Assembly: GCA_964200185.2 (NCBI GenBank)
Contig: CAXNAD020000002.1
Coordinates: forward strand, 1 to 64,000
DNA: 64,000 nt
Origin: Choristocarpus tenellus KU-1152
Lineage: Eukaryota > Protista > Phaeophyceae
Direction: 5' to 3'
The position numbers and the translations under genes were made by a program. Of this stretch, positions 12,819-26,030 are shown piece by piece (within the stretch, counting starts at the first letter, position 1; every line of letters begins with the position of its first letter). The notes below the pieces were generated by a model. That model saw only the letters and a list, made by a program, of their open reading frames with translations, made no database searches and was not told the DNA's origin.

Positions 12819-14394
12819 GTTGTCTCCCCAACCAAGGCGAACACGTTTCTACAATAAGGACAACAGACCCCGTTTGAATTAACGAAATAGCTACGAGATT
12901 GAGAGACACAAAGCCTTAATCGAGGAGGTGACTGTGTACTGTTCAGCTCTCTGTCCTGGCAAGCAACAACTGATCCTCTACACAAACAGCTGCAACAACA
13001 GATACAACATGCAAGTACGTCTTCAGAAGGCCTTCCATGGTGTGTAATATCTTCTTAAATCTATGGAAACTTATCCGTTGTTGAGTCAAGCGAAGGTTTA
13101 TGCGATCATAGGGTCAGACCTACCACTGCACAACTGGTACTACCAGTATTTAGGGACGAGCCAAGTTTGCACTATATGCTCCTTGCGAGCAGGCGTGCGC
13201 AATGCCTCCATTGTTGTTTGAGGTGAAACTGATAGGCAATATGAATCTGAAAGATTGGATGGCGAGTGAGGTTGGTTAGATCAAGGACGTTTCAGCACCT
13301 CATCCAGGACTCATCATTTGAACAAGGCGAGTTGTTTTCAGTTGGTCTGGAGGGTGTATTAATCAATGGTTTATATATATATAATCATACCCCATTCGTT
13401 TACTCATAGATTTGCCCCCAGTGCCATTGTGCATGTTGTATTTTTGAGCATATAAATATTTCCACCTCACTCTGCCTCACCATGTTGGAGACCTTGTCTC
13501 CCTGATGCTGCTTCAATTTTACAGCAGTGTGATCATGTGCCATACATCGGTAGGTGTTCTGGTATGGTATTTTGAACCAAGTACTGCCTGGTCCTTACCT
13601 ATTCTAGATACTTTGTAACATCGGGCCATGCCAAGTTTGTTTCCTGTAGGTAGGCCTGTGAGCATGAGTTTATATTTGTCGCACGTCCCAATACGTGGAG
13701 ATAAGACTAGTATGAGCAGGAAGTCAAGCGGAATTACATTTGTTAACTTCTGTTGTGCTACGTAATTGTTGACTATCAATCCAGCTTATTAATTACTGAT
13801 GTTCCCATTGTTGTATGAAGCCTGATATGTGGATGGACACTGTTTGGAGTGCTTTCCACCTAAATACACCAGTATGTCACTTTTTCCTGAGGAATGTTGA
13901 AAATCATCTTAGATTTGTACTATTTGAGTCCAGTGCATTCTATTCAGGCAGAAAATAAATGCTGCACCCACTACACAGGTGAAGAGAATAGATTACCCAA
14001 CAAGCAGTTGCTCAACAAAACTATATGGTAGCATCCAATGTTGCTGTGGACACATGCCTTGATTGGTACTTACACCCTTCTCTGTCACCAAAATAGCAAG
14101 TTCCTAACATTCCCACAGCCAACGGGAAATAATGTTCATAGTTTGCAACCCTCTATGTGATAAATATATTACAAAGATATAGTCAGAATTTTACTTCCAC
14201 CCCCCCTTAACCTATGCGGAGTCCCACTTAGCATGCAGGGTACCAATCTTCTGTAAAGGAGAATGTCACATACAGCTTTGACAAAAGACTTATTCTCTCT
14301 CTGTGTATGCGAAACTCCCTGCAGCACATTTACAGTCACGAAAAATAGAGATAAAAGAATTTCCCAGGAATGAATTGCCTGTGATGTGCCACTA

Positions 14395-17300
14395 TCAATA
14401 GATCAACCGGTGCAAAATTGATGCAAAATTGTGACGCTGGTAACTGTTGAAGAGTACATTGTGAGCACTCTGCCGGATAATAGTGCACAACATATGGAGA
14501 CTCTGTGCCCCCTGTGGGACAGAGAGTATCAATTGGACCGCACGATGTTCACTTTCTCCTTCTTTAAGAAGATTGTCTGCAAGGAATTCAATGACAGTAC
14601 ACCAGCTTAGTCGCCTGTCTTTCGGCACACAGACCTGAAAATGGGAAGCACAGAACAACGATTGTGTCACATGATAGTAATGGCATGGATTTAGAAACCA
14701 ATTATCAAAAGACAAATTTTGCCAACTCTGAATCATTCGTTCATATAATTTTCAAGCGTTTTCTGTGAGATGTGAATCATATTGCACCCTTCACAAGTAA
14801 CTCATGCAGTTGCATCAAGAATCTAAAGCAATCTCTCCACAGCCATAAATAGATTCCTGATACTTACCCCTTCCATGAAAACTCTTTCCACTGCAGGTGG
14901 GGCATATGGGAAATGCTGTTGACAAGTGGCTTCTCCTGACATAACCTCATCAAGGTGTGCATTATCCTCTCCATTTGCCAAGATGCTCCCAATGTATTGT
15001 GCTGCATCCAATCCAAAGCACATTTCAAAGGCTGGACTTACACAGCTGAGCAAACCTTCCCGAAGGACTGACTTCTGGAATGCATGCACAAGGGCATTGA
15101 ACTGATGTACCACCTGGATAAGGTATGCATTTGATGTTTACTCATGATAAACAATCACATCGGTCAAAATCTTGTTTGAACAATACTTTCCATGACTACC
15201 TGTCAGTGGTTTCTCAGTTTTTCCTGCTCCCCACCGCATTAGTACAAAATATTTGTATCCCTTCCAATTCATTGTCATAATGCTCAGGAACCTCCCAATA
15301 CATGTTATACTCAGTCTCAAGCAAGATGTCTCTATTCACAACTAAAGCATCTCCCTGAAGATGTGATGTGGTGGAGTGTCAATGTGTGGACAATGCGTGA
15401 AGATGGGGTGGGTAAGAATACAAATACATGGATCTCACCTTAAATCTCTTTTGAAGTGTATGGTGTTTATATTGTATGTAGAATAGTTCACATGTTGAGT
15501 ATGTGTCAGGGGAATTTGAAGGGGTTTGGGGTGAATGCCCATACATTTAAAGTATAGCTCTGACTGATCAGGACCACCTTCTTTGCTTGGTATGTCCTTC
15601 CAATATTATTCCCATGGAATGATTGATACACCCACACCCACCCCTGACAATACAAATGGAGAACATGTAACATAGGTCCTGAACTTCTCAGAAGTGGATG
15701 CAACTCTTACCTGCTGGGGATCCAGTTTTGAGGTGCTACGTTGAACCATGTGACCCATACGCCCTTCACCAGAACTAACATGTGTGTTCTGTGTACCTAT
15801 CTTGCCTCTTGACATTTGCACAAGTCTGAAAGATATGAAAGAGGTGGTTGGCATTGTGCATGGCACATCAAGGCGGTGAATGGTAGGTAAGGAAGGTAGT
15901 TCAACAAGCAACTAAGCACCCAGTACCTTGTTCATTCCTTCTAATTGCAGGGAGTAGGTTGAAAGAGGACATAGTGTGGATTCTTTTTTCCCATTTGCAA
16001 GAACATTATCAACTAATAGTGTAATATTAATAAGCCAGAGATTGAAATGACAATGGAACAATGCATGCTATATACTGCGAACATGAAATCTTTGCCATAT
16101 CATTTTCTGATAGCCAAAGGGTATTTTTATATTTTGAAATATTTTAAACAGCAGGATTCATCTGCGCATGTAGAGAATTCAGGCGTAATCCAATGCTATG
16201 CTTACATTCAACAAGTAGAGGAAATAAATAATGCCCAAGCGTCTTGGTTCTGATTAGAGAAGATTGAATTGAGGTTAGCTGGTGTCTCCATCGAAGCAGC
16301 ACTAAAGTACTAGCTAGTACAACATCAAAGGAACCGAGTGCTCAAAAATATATCATAATATAACCATTGAGCATATTGTAGGTGCCCTGTGAAACCTGTA
16401 GAGAATCAAAGGGAACTAGACTTTGCTGTAATGGGAATGGAGATATCTCCCAACAGTGAGGAAAAAGTGTGTATTATTTTATGTCAAAGAATATACAATT
16501 CAATGCAGTGGGGTGTTGAAATACTACTGGCTCATACTGCCAGTTTTCTTGGACACACAGAAAGGAGGTGAACATTGCTGGCCTTGCAGATTCACTATCT
16601 CTGGTCTAATGCTCTTTGGCAAGTGAAATAGCTCTCCAGTGATGAAATGCCAGTGCTGGCTTGATACATACCAGCTCTTGGAGAGTATCTAACAAGCATT
16701 TTCCCCCTTAGAAGTACCAGAATGCTCAAGATAAGCAATGGGACATGACGAGTCACAAAGTCAAGGAGGGCTGATTTTACCTCAGGTTCAATGTTCCTCC
16801 ACTTGGCAATGCTAAGTTTCAAGGACATTTCAGAGGTTGAAGGGAAGGTAACAGCTCTACTTTATCTTGCATGCAGGTGGCCTGCTAACAAAAACGTCCT
16901 GCAACATAGTACAATAAAAATCTCAGAGGAATGTCATTTGGTACATCACACTCAAGAGATGCTGATAACATAAGCTGACAGGTGAATTCTTAAATTCTAT
17001 TGGTTCAGGGTGGTCATACTGGCTTCATACTTGGTAACTGTCAAGGTTGGAGGGTGCTCACTCTCCTTGTAGTTGAGGATTTAAAGGATGATTTTTATAG
17101 TAATACAGCATTATGAAATGATTAGATACCTAAACATTTGATACAGTAATAACATTATGCATGTAACACAGTGTCCATAGACAAGGTCACAAGGAACATG
17201 CACAGCCAAAGCAACTTTGAGGGGTCTGTGGTTGCGCTATTAGTAACCTCACTGGTAATTCATGGTACAAATGAAAAAATATATTAAAATCTTGTTCAGG

Positions 17301-20300
17301 GTCATGAAAAACTTCAAAACTTTTTATTTGCAAGTAAATTCTTTAATCATGCCAAATTATTTATTGATTATATATAATTAATTATTCTATCTTTTTTAGA
17401 TGCAATTTGTACTAAGCAGAGTTCGGCATAATACGTTTTTCTTCAATAAAATTCTGAATCTAAGTAAATAAATCAAGATGGACCGGTGGGGTAGCCTACC
17501 GTAACCATGCCTTTTGTTCAAGCAATTTTTTTATATGTTAATTTGTATTGAAATATTATAAAGCTACCAAAAAATAAATCTGAAATATATTGGCAGGGTT
17601 TAAATCAGAATTTACTGTAGTACAGTACCTGTGGCAGAGATTCATCAACTGTCGAGGTTCGACGACTTCACCAGCACTGATTTTCTTAGTTGGTGTGAAG
17701 GATGGAATGACCTTCTGGAGAATATTATGAACTGGTTCCATGCTGCCAGAATCTAGGTAAACTGCCCCTGGTAAATACAATTCAATGGCATATAAGTTCA
17801 ACCTGTAGTGCGACAGCAAGCGGGGCAAGTCTTTCAGTATGAACAAAGAGTAATGAACACCATAGCACACTTTCCCTAAATGCTTACCTAGGACAGCCTC
17901 AAAGCAGTCTCCAAGAATTTTTGTTCCCTCCAAAAGTTGTCCTTGACCATGGCGGATGAATGGTCGCTACCAGATAGTAGCGAAGAATAGTGAATGTTGA
18001 GGAAGTGTATGGGAAAATCAATTCAAGTTGACTCAATGGCTAATAATGTTGGACAGCTAGTATGGTTTTGGTGTGAGAATAGCTACATACATGAGACTTC
18101 CAACCTCAGTTGTCAATGTCCCTTTACATAATTTTCTAGGGCATACTGAAGGTATGTCGGTTACTCACTTCACTTCTGTAGTTTGAGGAAAGGATGTGTG
18201 TATGACATCTTAACAAGATGCACCCTGGAGATTGTTACTGATAACCCAAATAGTATCTTAATAGGTTTTGCTGAACTTAGTTCTTCAAATGGAGTGTTTG
18301 ACATACTCTGATTCTGATATCTAGACTCATGGATTACATATAGAATATCACTACTACTGTTAATAATGTAAAGTGGTATTTCTCACTGATGTATGGCGTT
18401 TCTTTTATGGTGTATGTTTTATGACATGTGCTCACTGTTTGAGACAATAAATCCTCATCTGGTGAGGGGCAAATGGGGGTTTTAACACCAATTAGAAGCT
18501 GTTTATACAATTGGCTAGAATAATTTGGTGTCCAGTTTCATGTTCACATCAAATTGAACAATTATCATTAGTGCGACCTGAGTTGATGGCAAAACAAGGT
18601 CTACTCTATGAGATGTGGGACTTGGTCCAGACACAACAAGGTTAGTTCGTTCCCACTGGTTCTAAGTCTGTGGTAGGCAAAGTGCATCTTGTACTGTGAT
18701 GTATGGTGCATAGTCAAGGCTAAGATGCAGAATCATATTGGCTTTGCATTCATTCTGGGATATGGTGAGTTTCCTTGTCACCCGGTCATAATAATCCATT
18801 TCCACTCATTTTCCATAGTTGAAATATATCTTTGACAGCATTTTGGAAACTTGAAGAGGCAAAAGAGTTCCACAATGTAGAATGTGGGGCAAAGTCCAGA
18901 GCAAGCATGATCCACTGTACTGCTCATAGCTGTGATCCCAACAGGATGGATAATATCTGCAGCACAAGAAAGCTTAACAATTTGTAGGTGGAAAATATTC
19001 CATGTAAGGGTCCCAATGACTTGCATGAGTTAATTGTTATGCCAGGGAAATGTTTTACCCAGTCCAGATCGCATACTTGTACGATATGCCTGGAATTCTT
19101 GCATTCATACCTAATCAGTAAAACATTTGTCTCCCAGATATTTCCACATCTCATTGAGATCCAGGGTTTCTTCGTATGCATCCTATCAAGCACCTTGTCA
19201 TCAACTCCATCTTGAAATTCCCTGTCTCCCAACACCATATCCACCGGGGGAAAACTACATACTGAGAGGGGATTTTGGGCACTGTAGTAAGAAATCAGTA
19301 AAATGCTGCCCCAGATTTTTATGGACAAGGGTGTTCCTTATCCCCTTGAAACACAGCTATATAGTAGTACCCACCACTTTAGTAGTGAGCACCATCACAA
19401 AGAGGGCTACTATATATCTCACCAACCACTGCATACCCTCACATCAAACCTTGGTCCCATTGTTCATTTTATATTGATCCCTAGATTACAAACCCCTGTG
19501 AGCTAGGTAGTGTTCCATTATTTCATCCACTGGGTTGATTTGACGAATACAATTATGTTTGAAAAAAAAATGACAGATGGTTGTTTTAGGAGAGAGTCAA
19601 TATATTTGACCCTTTATAGTACATGAACTGTACAATCAGAGATGTGTAAAAAAAATATGCAATTTCCATGTCACGTCATAACAGCAAACTCTTTAGGAGG
19701 AAAGGAATGCTGACATGTACTGGATAAGGATTGATCGGTGGTGCATGGGCCGCACGCGTTGAGCACCAAGCGACCTGGCAAGGTATTACATTCCGATTAA
19801 CAAAATCTGGTAAAACCGACACAATCAGACTCTTAGGAGACAAAAGTCAGGGGTATGCTCAAATGTCTTCACCCACTGGGAGTAATTTAGGTAAAGTATT
19901 TTAGGTAACGCGAAGGAGATCAGAAACAGAAGGGCACCTCCTCGGGTGGGGGCTCCAGCAAGGAACTATTAAAATGTGAAGAAGGAAACATTTAATAATT
20001 TCTCAAGGTTGTAAACGTGGACGCTGGTCAACATAAGGACTCAAAAGTTGCTGGACCTTGGAGCATCTATAGCCCTACAATGGGTGTCCATGAAGTGGAG
20101 TAGTGGTCGGTGGAGTGCATGAGATTAGTGGCGGTGACTGGAAAAGCTGTGCAAGAGGAAAGGGGGGGAAGTCCTTCCTACAAGATCGTAACTACGTGTT
20201 TAAAGAAAACTATAAAGGATACGAAGCGACTCACCAGGTTCAACCTGTCCGCAAACGCAGCACATGCACTCGCGCTGACAAAGCGTTGACGCACAATAGA

Positions 20301-20737
20301 AAGGTGTCCAGAAGATCGCTCTCGCGCGGAACTTGAATGAAAAAGCCACGAGGATACCGCCAGCTGTAGCACAGAGTCGCCAAGCCATTCAAGCTCGTCC
20401 ATATGGCCTGTCCAAATCCGATAGCCAGGAAAAGGATTGCCAAGTGCCATTGACGGCTTCTCCTATTTTGCTACATTTAAAGTTCTGCATGGAATGTTAA
20501 TTCAGTAGTCACAACTTTCTCTTGGACAAGGTATCGACCAACGAAGGCAAATCATCTAAAATTTGGTGAAAGCAAGGTTCCCCCGTATATGTTTGTCCCT
20601 TTCGTCACCTTACCTCCAGCAAAGAGCTCCTCATTGCAAAATGATGAGTGTGTGAGAGCATTGAGGATAAAGTCCCTTTTCCTGAATCGATATCCTAGTG
20701 CATTCTCCACGGATGATATTCTTCCCGAATCCTCCAT
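14395..20737 (-). CDS. Ribonuclease III-domain protein (~371 aa): single catalytic domain plus unrecognised C-terminal region
   Basis: Exons 20737-20614, 20407-20235, 17966-17888, 17767-17629, 15825-15711, 15113-14868 and 14634-14395, all GT-AG and phase-consistent. Spliced product: VENALGYRFRKRDFILNALTHSSF...HMDELEWLGDSVLQLAVSSWLF...GHLSIVRQRFVS...KILGDCFEAVLGAVYLDSG. The last three exons are supported by splice phase only. Confidence 0.88.
17253..17472 (-). pseudogene. rnd: Bacterial ribonuclease D fragment (AT-rich, probably endosymbiont-derived) inside intron 4 of the RNase III gene
   Basis: Manual translation: FIYLDSEFY*RKTYYAELCLVQIASKKDRIINYI*SINNLA*LKNLLANK(fs)VL(fs)VFHDPEQDFNIFFHLYHELP. 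This matches the RNase D ExoI motif (DTEF.R..TYY..L.L.Q) and ExoII motif (KVFH...QD). It has 3 stops and 2 frameshifts. GC is ~23% by hand count over 17281-17460. Confidence 0.8.
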
Positions 20738-20918
20738 GTCTTGTGATGATTGAACTTCTTAAGGAGGTGTGGTTTTGAATGACCAAACGAAAACGCCTAC
20801 TTGTTCTTTCTGTGTTTAATAATTGTTACAAAGTAGGTGAGGAACCTTACAACTGTGCAGGAAGGTAGGTAGTCCCCACCACTTTTTAACATCCCAGCCA
20901 CGTTACGCACCGCTCAAC
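20738..20918. promoter_or_regulatory. Probable bidirectional promoter (RNase III gene / PWI gene)
   Basis: Only 181 bp separate the two divergent ATGs, and the flanking first exons are CpG-rich relative to the rest of the window. Confidence 0.6.
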
Positions 20919-23900
20919 ATGTCGAGTGGTTTTTTTCGTGGTACTAACACGGAACAGGACTCCAGATTTGGGGATTCTGACAAGAAACTGATGAAAAAGA
21001 TGAAATTTTCCAAGATCCTGGATCAGAAGGTATGCGTAGGTGGACCTTGTAGTCAAGGTTGCCTACGGACGAGTGCAACATTATGTAAAAGAAAGGAAAC
21101 ATACTCTGCGATTCTTTGCTGTATCTCAATTTCAGGTAAATATGAAGAAGGTCAATACAGACGTGATGAAACGATGGATTGCTCAACGGATCACATCCCT
21201 TTTGGGCTTCGAGGACGACATTGTGGTGGGAACTTGCGTCAATTATCTCTCGGAGGAGGTGTGTCTCGGTGTACAATATTTCTTTATTGGGAATAGAAAT
21301 CGATTGGTATTTTTTTGTTAGAGTGTGAAGGCTGGGTGTGTACAAAACTTCTAGAGGAACCAACTTGATGCTCACCCTATATTTATTATGCTAGCCTTGG
21401 AATGGGAAATCTTTCGTCGCTGCAATATCTTGTCCCCACTTATCCCATGGTTTTGCACTTAGTTTGGTAATCTACTCACAAGTTGTTCATGGGGGAGCAT
21501 GAGTATTCCGTATGCATGCTTTGGTTTAAAGTGTCGTGTTCCTCTTCGGTGGGCATATCTAGGGTAATTTTCTGACTGGACAACGGCTTCGAATCGGAAA
21601 GGTTGTATGTGTATTGACAGGACCACTCGCGGGAAAGTGACTTGGACAACAATTCACTCGGTAGAACTGTGGACTTCTTGCAGGGGAAGCTGGACCCCAA
21701 GAGGCTACAGTTGCAGCTCACGGGATTCCTGGAGAAGTCAACAAGCACATTTATGGAAGAGCTGTGGGGTCTCCTGGTCGATGCGCAGAATAGCCTTGGG
21801 GGAATCCCCTCTGCCTTTCTTCAAGACAAGAAACAGGAGATGCTGAAAGCTAAGGCAAGTGAAGCAGGAAGGAAAGAGTGAAAACCAAAAGTTTTGTGGA
21901 TGTATTTTTTGGACATCTGCGAGATAAAACTTAAGTGGGGGGATTGGATGATGTGGCTCTCTTTCTCATTAATTGGATGTCAAGGTGATGGTGTCTGCCT
22001 TTCTGTGTGTTACCGTTCTGGCCATGCAGAGGTTTCCAGATGGTCTTACCCTCAATCCTTTCCCAACAACAGGAGGAAGAGCACAGGCAGGAAGTTGAAC
22101 TTCAGAAGAGGATGACTGAGCACCAGCAAGAGATGGAACATGCTGCTCTATTGGCTGAAGCTGCGAAGAGGTGACGAACTCAGATGGGCAACTAATAGAC
22201 AATCTCCTTTTGTGGTGGTTGTACCATCTACCAGCGTAGGTTTTCTTTGAGAATAAACACTTTTGTACCCGTGTTCCTCAACACTGTATTTCATTGATTT
22301 TATTCATTTAGGCTTCTTTCTTCTAATGTATGCATCCTGAATTGAACCTAAACTGTGTGTGATAGGGTAGCTGCATCAACTACGGATCTCCCTCATTCTA
22401 GTGGTGGGGCCCGTGCGAGCCGCTGGGGTAAACCTGTTCAAGACCTTGATGCAAAGTTGATGCAACCAGAGTTGCTGAGCAGTTTGGAGCTAGCTCCTGC
22501 TGCAAACAGCAAAGAGGTATGTGTGATTCCTTTGAGTGGATTAAGATAAAAAGTCAATCTACGGAAGTGTGTTAATATCTATGAACCTGTTGTGCTTTTG
22601 ACTGCATCTACAGGAGAATGAATCTGGCAAAGAGGCAGATGTTGGGTTTCACCCTACAAGCTCTGAGCAGGAGGTAAATGAAGGTCAGGAGGATACCACT
22701 GCAGAGTCAAGGAGCGAAGTTGACAAGAAGGAAAGCAGGTACCAGGGTGTATGGAATCATATTTATGAGAACATGAGTCAAGAGGTGGTGCATCTTCCTT
22801 GAAGGAACACAGAAGTCAAGATTTGAAGTGTGATCCATCTAATGCAACCCAGTTGTAACTGCAATGAAAGCAGCATACCATATGGTGTGGTCTGTGCCAT
22901 GCAGCAGCTCACAATATATACCTGCTCTGAAGCTCGAGGACCAGGTTTACACCAGTATATTGAATTCACAAATCACAGATATTGGTCAGATGTGCTGTGC
23001 CCCGCATAGAGATTTCTATCATTACGACTACTCACTGACTACAACTTGCAGGGTGATGGTGGTGATGATGATGATGATGATAATGATGCCTATTACGTAT
23101 GTTTTGACTTCGCACCTTGGTACACTATTTTTGCCATGATCCATACAACTTGGGTTAAGGTAAGGTTTAGGGTTACAGCTCACTCAGACTAAACACCAGT
23201 GGGTCAATGAGATTACCCCATAAAATTACCCCATGATAACCATACCCCATAATAACCATACACTCGCTCCTTAGTGTTAAAGTTTTTTCATGTCTCTCAA
23301 TAGGATCACTTTGTTCATTTGGTGTAGGCAGAGGGGATGCTGAGACCACAGAGTTTGATATTTTCCTTTTATTCTGGGGCAATCTTGGAAAACCAGGAAG
23401 AATGTGAGTGCAGAGGAATCAAGCGGGCATGCAGTGGACAGGTTGGATGATGAAAAGAGGGACAGATCTGAACAGTTACCCCAGCCACAGCGTGTGTTGA
23501 CTCCCAAAAGAAAGAGGAGTGGAAGTGACCTCAGTCAGGATGATAAACAGAGCAAGAACAGAGATGGGGCTAAGGGCTATGGCAAAGGTCATGAGAAGAG
23601 CAAATCACGCAAGCATGACCACAGGAGGCCCGATGAACAGAATAAAGATCGAAGGTCAAGGGAGGGGAGGCGGGAAAGTCCAATTATGAGGGGCAGAAGG
23701 GGCGGTGATGCTTCAAGGAGTAGGGATAGGGCAAGGTACAGTGATGGGGAACGACGGCAGGAGGGAAGCAGGAAGCGAGACGGGGATAGGAGTCGGGAGA
23801 GGCGTTCTGAGAGGAACCAAGAAATAGACCTGGGGCTTGAGAAGAGAGGCAAGAGCAGGGGTAGTCCAAGGCGTGATGATCGTGAACGTAAGGCCAGGTA

Positions 23901-24771
23901 TAATGGAAAGCAGCATGGTCGAGGAGATCTGCGCAGTAGCAGAGACAGGAGCAAGGAAAGTAACAAAACAAGTCGCCACAGGGCAAGCAGGAGGAGGACC
24001 GATGAGAGCAGCGAAGGAGATGATGCTGACAGAGCAAAGGAATACCTTAGCGAGAGTGATGAAGAAAATGGCCTGGGGTCTAGTACTGATGGTGCCAGTG
24101 ATGCACAGGTGACTCTATTCTTATTAGAGACAGCCACCTTTACTATAGAATCAAAGAATGACACGTACTGTACTGGTAGGTGGGGTTGACTCTGTTGTCA
24201 TACCAAAATTGTCTTGAGAAGGGCAGTAGGTGTCTTGTGTGCTTTTTCCCATCTTCCCTTCATCAATTTGACAAACAAAAAGTAGCTCAGCAATGGTGAT
24301 ACAATATTCTATACCAGCACACAGAACGTCAAACAGAAGTAAATCTCTATGTTCAGAATGTATCCCCATGAGATTTTCTTCAGAAATGCTTCATCTCCAG
24401 TATTTGTATTATATGTAGTGTTGCCTGCATTTTTTTGTACACAAAGTGACCCATGGTCCTATCCTCCGACCCCAGTGAAATTTTTAGGAGGTGAGACCCC
24501 AAGATCACCCCCTCCTTTATTTCTTAGTCATAAACATATATATACACAATTTTTGAGTCTCCTGCTCAACATTCTTTGAGTGTTTCCTACAGTATGAGCC
24601 TGTCTGCCAGAGGTCTGGTAGTGATGTAGTTCCAGTGCAACTATGCATGAGTGACTTGAGACCATCTTTATGTTGACACTGACCCTGACGGTCCTTGAAC
24701 AGGCTAGACTGGAACGAGAGGACAACTTGCGCAAGATGGCACTAGCAGCTCTGGCTAGAAGGTCTAGTTGA
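20919..24771 (+). CDS. SRRM1: PWI-domain, Arg/Ser-rich splicing factor (SRRM1/SRm160-like), ~519 aa
   Basis: Exons 20919-21029, 21136-21258, 21684-21854 (GC donor), 22073-22170, 22366-22516, 22614-22738, 23397-24108 and 24703-24771. The N-terminus MSSGFFRGTNTEQDSRFGD...KVNMKKVNTDVMKRWIAQRITSLLGFEDDIVV...LDPKRLQLQLTGFLEK...FMEELWGLLVDAQNS..GIP is the SRRM1-type PWI domain. An RS/RD-rich exon follows, and the C-terminus has LRKMALAAL. Confidence 0.92.
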
Positions 24772-25399
24772 TTGTAAAGTGCACTTGTTACACTCATTGG
24801 CACTGGAAGAAGTGGGTGCTCTTGTCAGCCAGGCAAAAAAGGATTGGGAAGGAATTGCACTATGCACCATTGCTGAAGAGTGAAATATCCATGCAGAAAG
24901 ACCATCTCCATGGAATATTTTGCCATCCGGGTTAGTCATCACCTCAGCTTGTTCCAGCCTCCCCAGTTATAGTGGCTTGACAGTCCTCAGGCCGACAAGA
25001 GTTGGCAGCAAAGCATATGCATATCCTGGTGGTGTCTAGAGGAACATATAATTATCATAATTGAGACAGACAACATCCACAGTTCTTAATGAACCCCATC
25101 TCATGGTACCAGTGCTTTAGTTCAAATTGTGAAAATGCAGTAGTTTCCTAGCTTGACCCCGTGTACCCAATTTGTGGTATTTTAGAAGATTTTTTGAGAT
25201 CTATGCTAATTGAGCTTGAAAAGATCAAGCTCTATATTTTTGGCTAAAACAAAGCCAAAAGTTGATACTTCCTCGGATGCCTCACATTTCCAACAACCTG
25301 TATACAATTGCCATTGCTCAGTGCATCTTCTGGGTGGAGAGCAGTTTTGGAGAGCACTCTGAGGCATGCAAACAATCGGAAATCCCTCATAATGTGAGA

Positions 25400-26030
25400 C
25401 CCTGGCCAAATACCATACCTACACTAGCCAAAGCAAATTGTGATGGACTCAGAGCTATGGTGTGGAGTACACATCAAGTGTGGTGTCAAGGTCATTGTCA
25501 GGACACCTTCTAGACAATTCTGCAAGGGATCAGCATGATGTTAGCACCTTCGATGAAACATGGAATATATTTTTTCAAGTGTACTTCACTTGATGACCAG
25601 ACTGAAATGATCAAGTATAGGAATTTGAACTACATGTCATTTACTGAGGTGGAACAAACTAGCCATTTTGTAATTGTCTGGAAAAATGCAAAGCTTTGAA
25701 ATCTCTTTCAGCCATTGGTTCTTGGTTGTAAGCAATTTTACCTACACTGATGCGCTTTGGGACAATGTAATTTTAATGTTCTAGATCTTTTTATTACTCT
25801 TGTGAAAAAAAGTTCTTGATGGAAAGTGATGCTGACCTTTTGCGAAAAATGGAATATTGTTTAGATATGCTCTACTTTGACACTATGAAACAGTCCTTGA
25901 TTAGAAGCTCTACAGAAACTATCACAATACTGGCAGGCTGAGGAAGGAATGCAATAAGGGGATTGTATAGAGCGAGCTTTAGATTGCTGAACGTATTACT
26001 GTTCACAATACAATCTCCTAAAATAAATTA
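25400..26030 (+). mobile_element. Possible decayed hAT-like transposase relic
   Basis: Broken reading frames give, in the expected order, HQVWCQGHCQD (CxxH-like), ILPTLMRFGTM (TRW/TRF-like) and DCIERA/RLLNVL (C-terminal ERxFS-like). Many stops and frameshifts. Confidence 0.3.

Noticed and set aside
16670-16815. Two small candidate exons (IAKWRNIEPE, GKMLVRYSPRA) in RNase III intron 4
   Set aside because: Including both breaks phase with the next exon, whereas direct splicing from 17629 to 15825 is in frame. Alternative use cannot be fully excluded.
18924-19328. 134-aa ORF as an RNase III exon
   Set aside because: Exon 2 (..RLNL) splices in frame to 17966 (RPFIRHG..KILGDCFEA) with normal RNase III spacing, so this ORF is intronic and has no recognisable motif.
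23152-23175. TTAGGG-like interstitial telomeric repeat (also CCCTAA x2 at ~51722)
   Set aside because: Too short and degenerate to distinguish from chance.
23589-24164. 191-aa Leu/Ser-rich minus-strand ORF and overlapping ORFs
   Set aside because: Antisense shadow of the purine-rich RS exon of the PWI gene.
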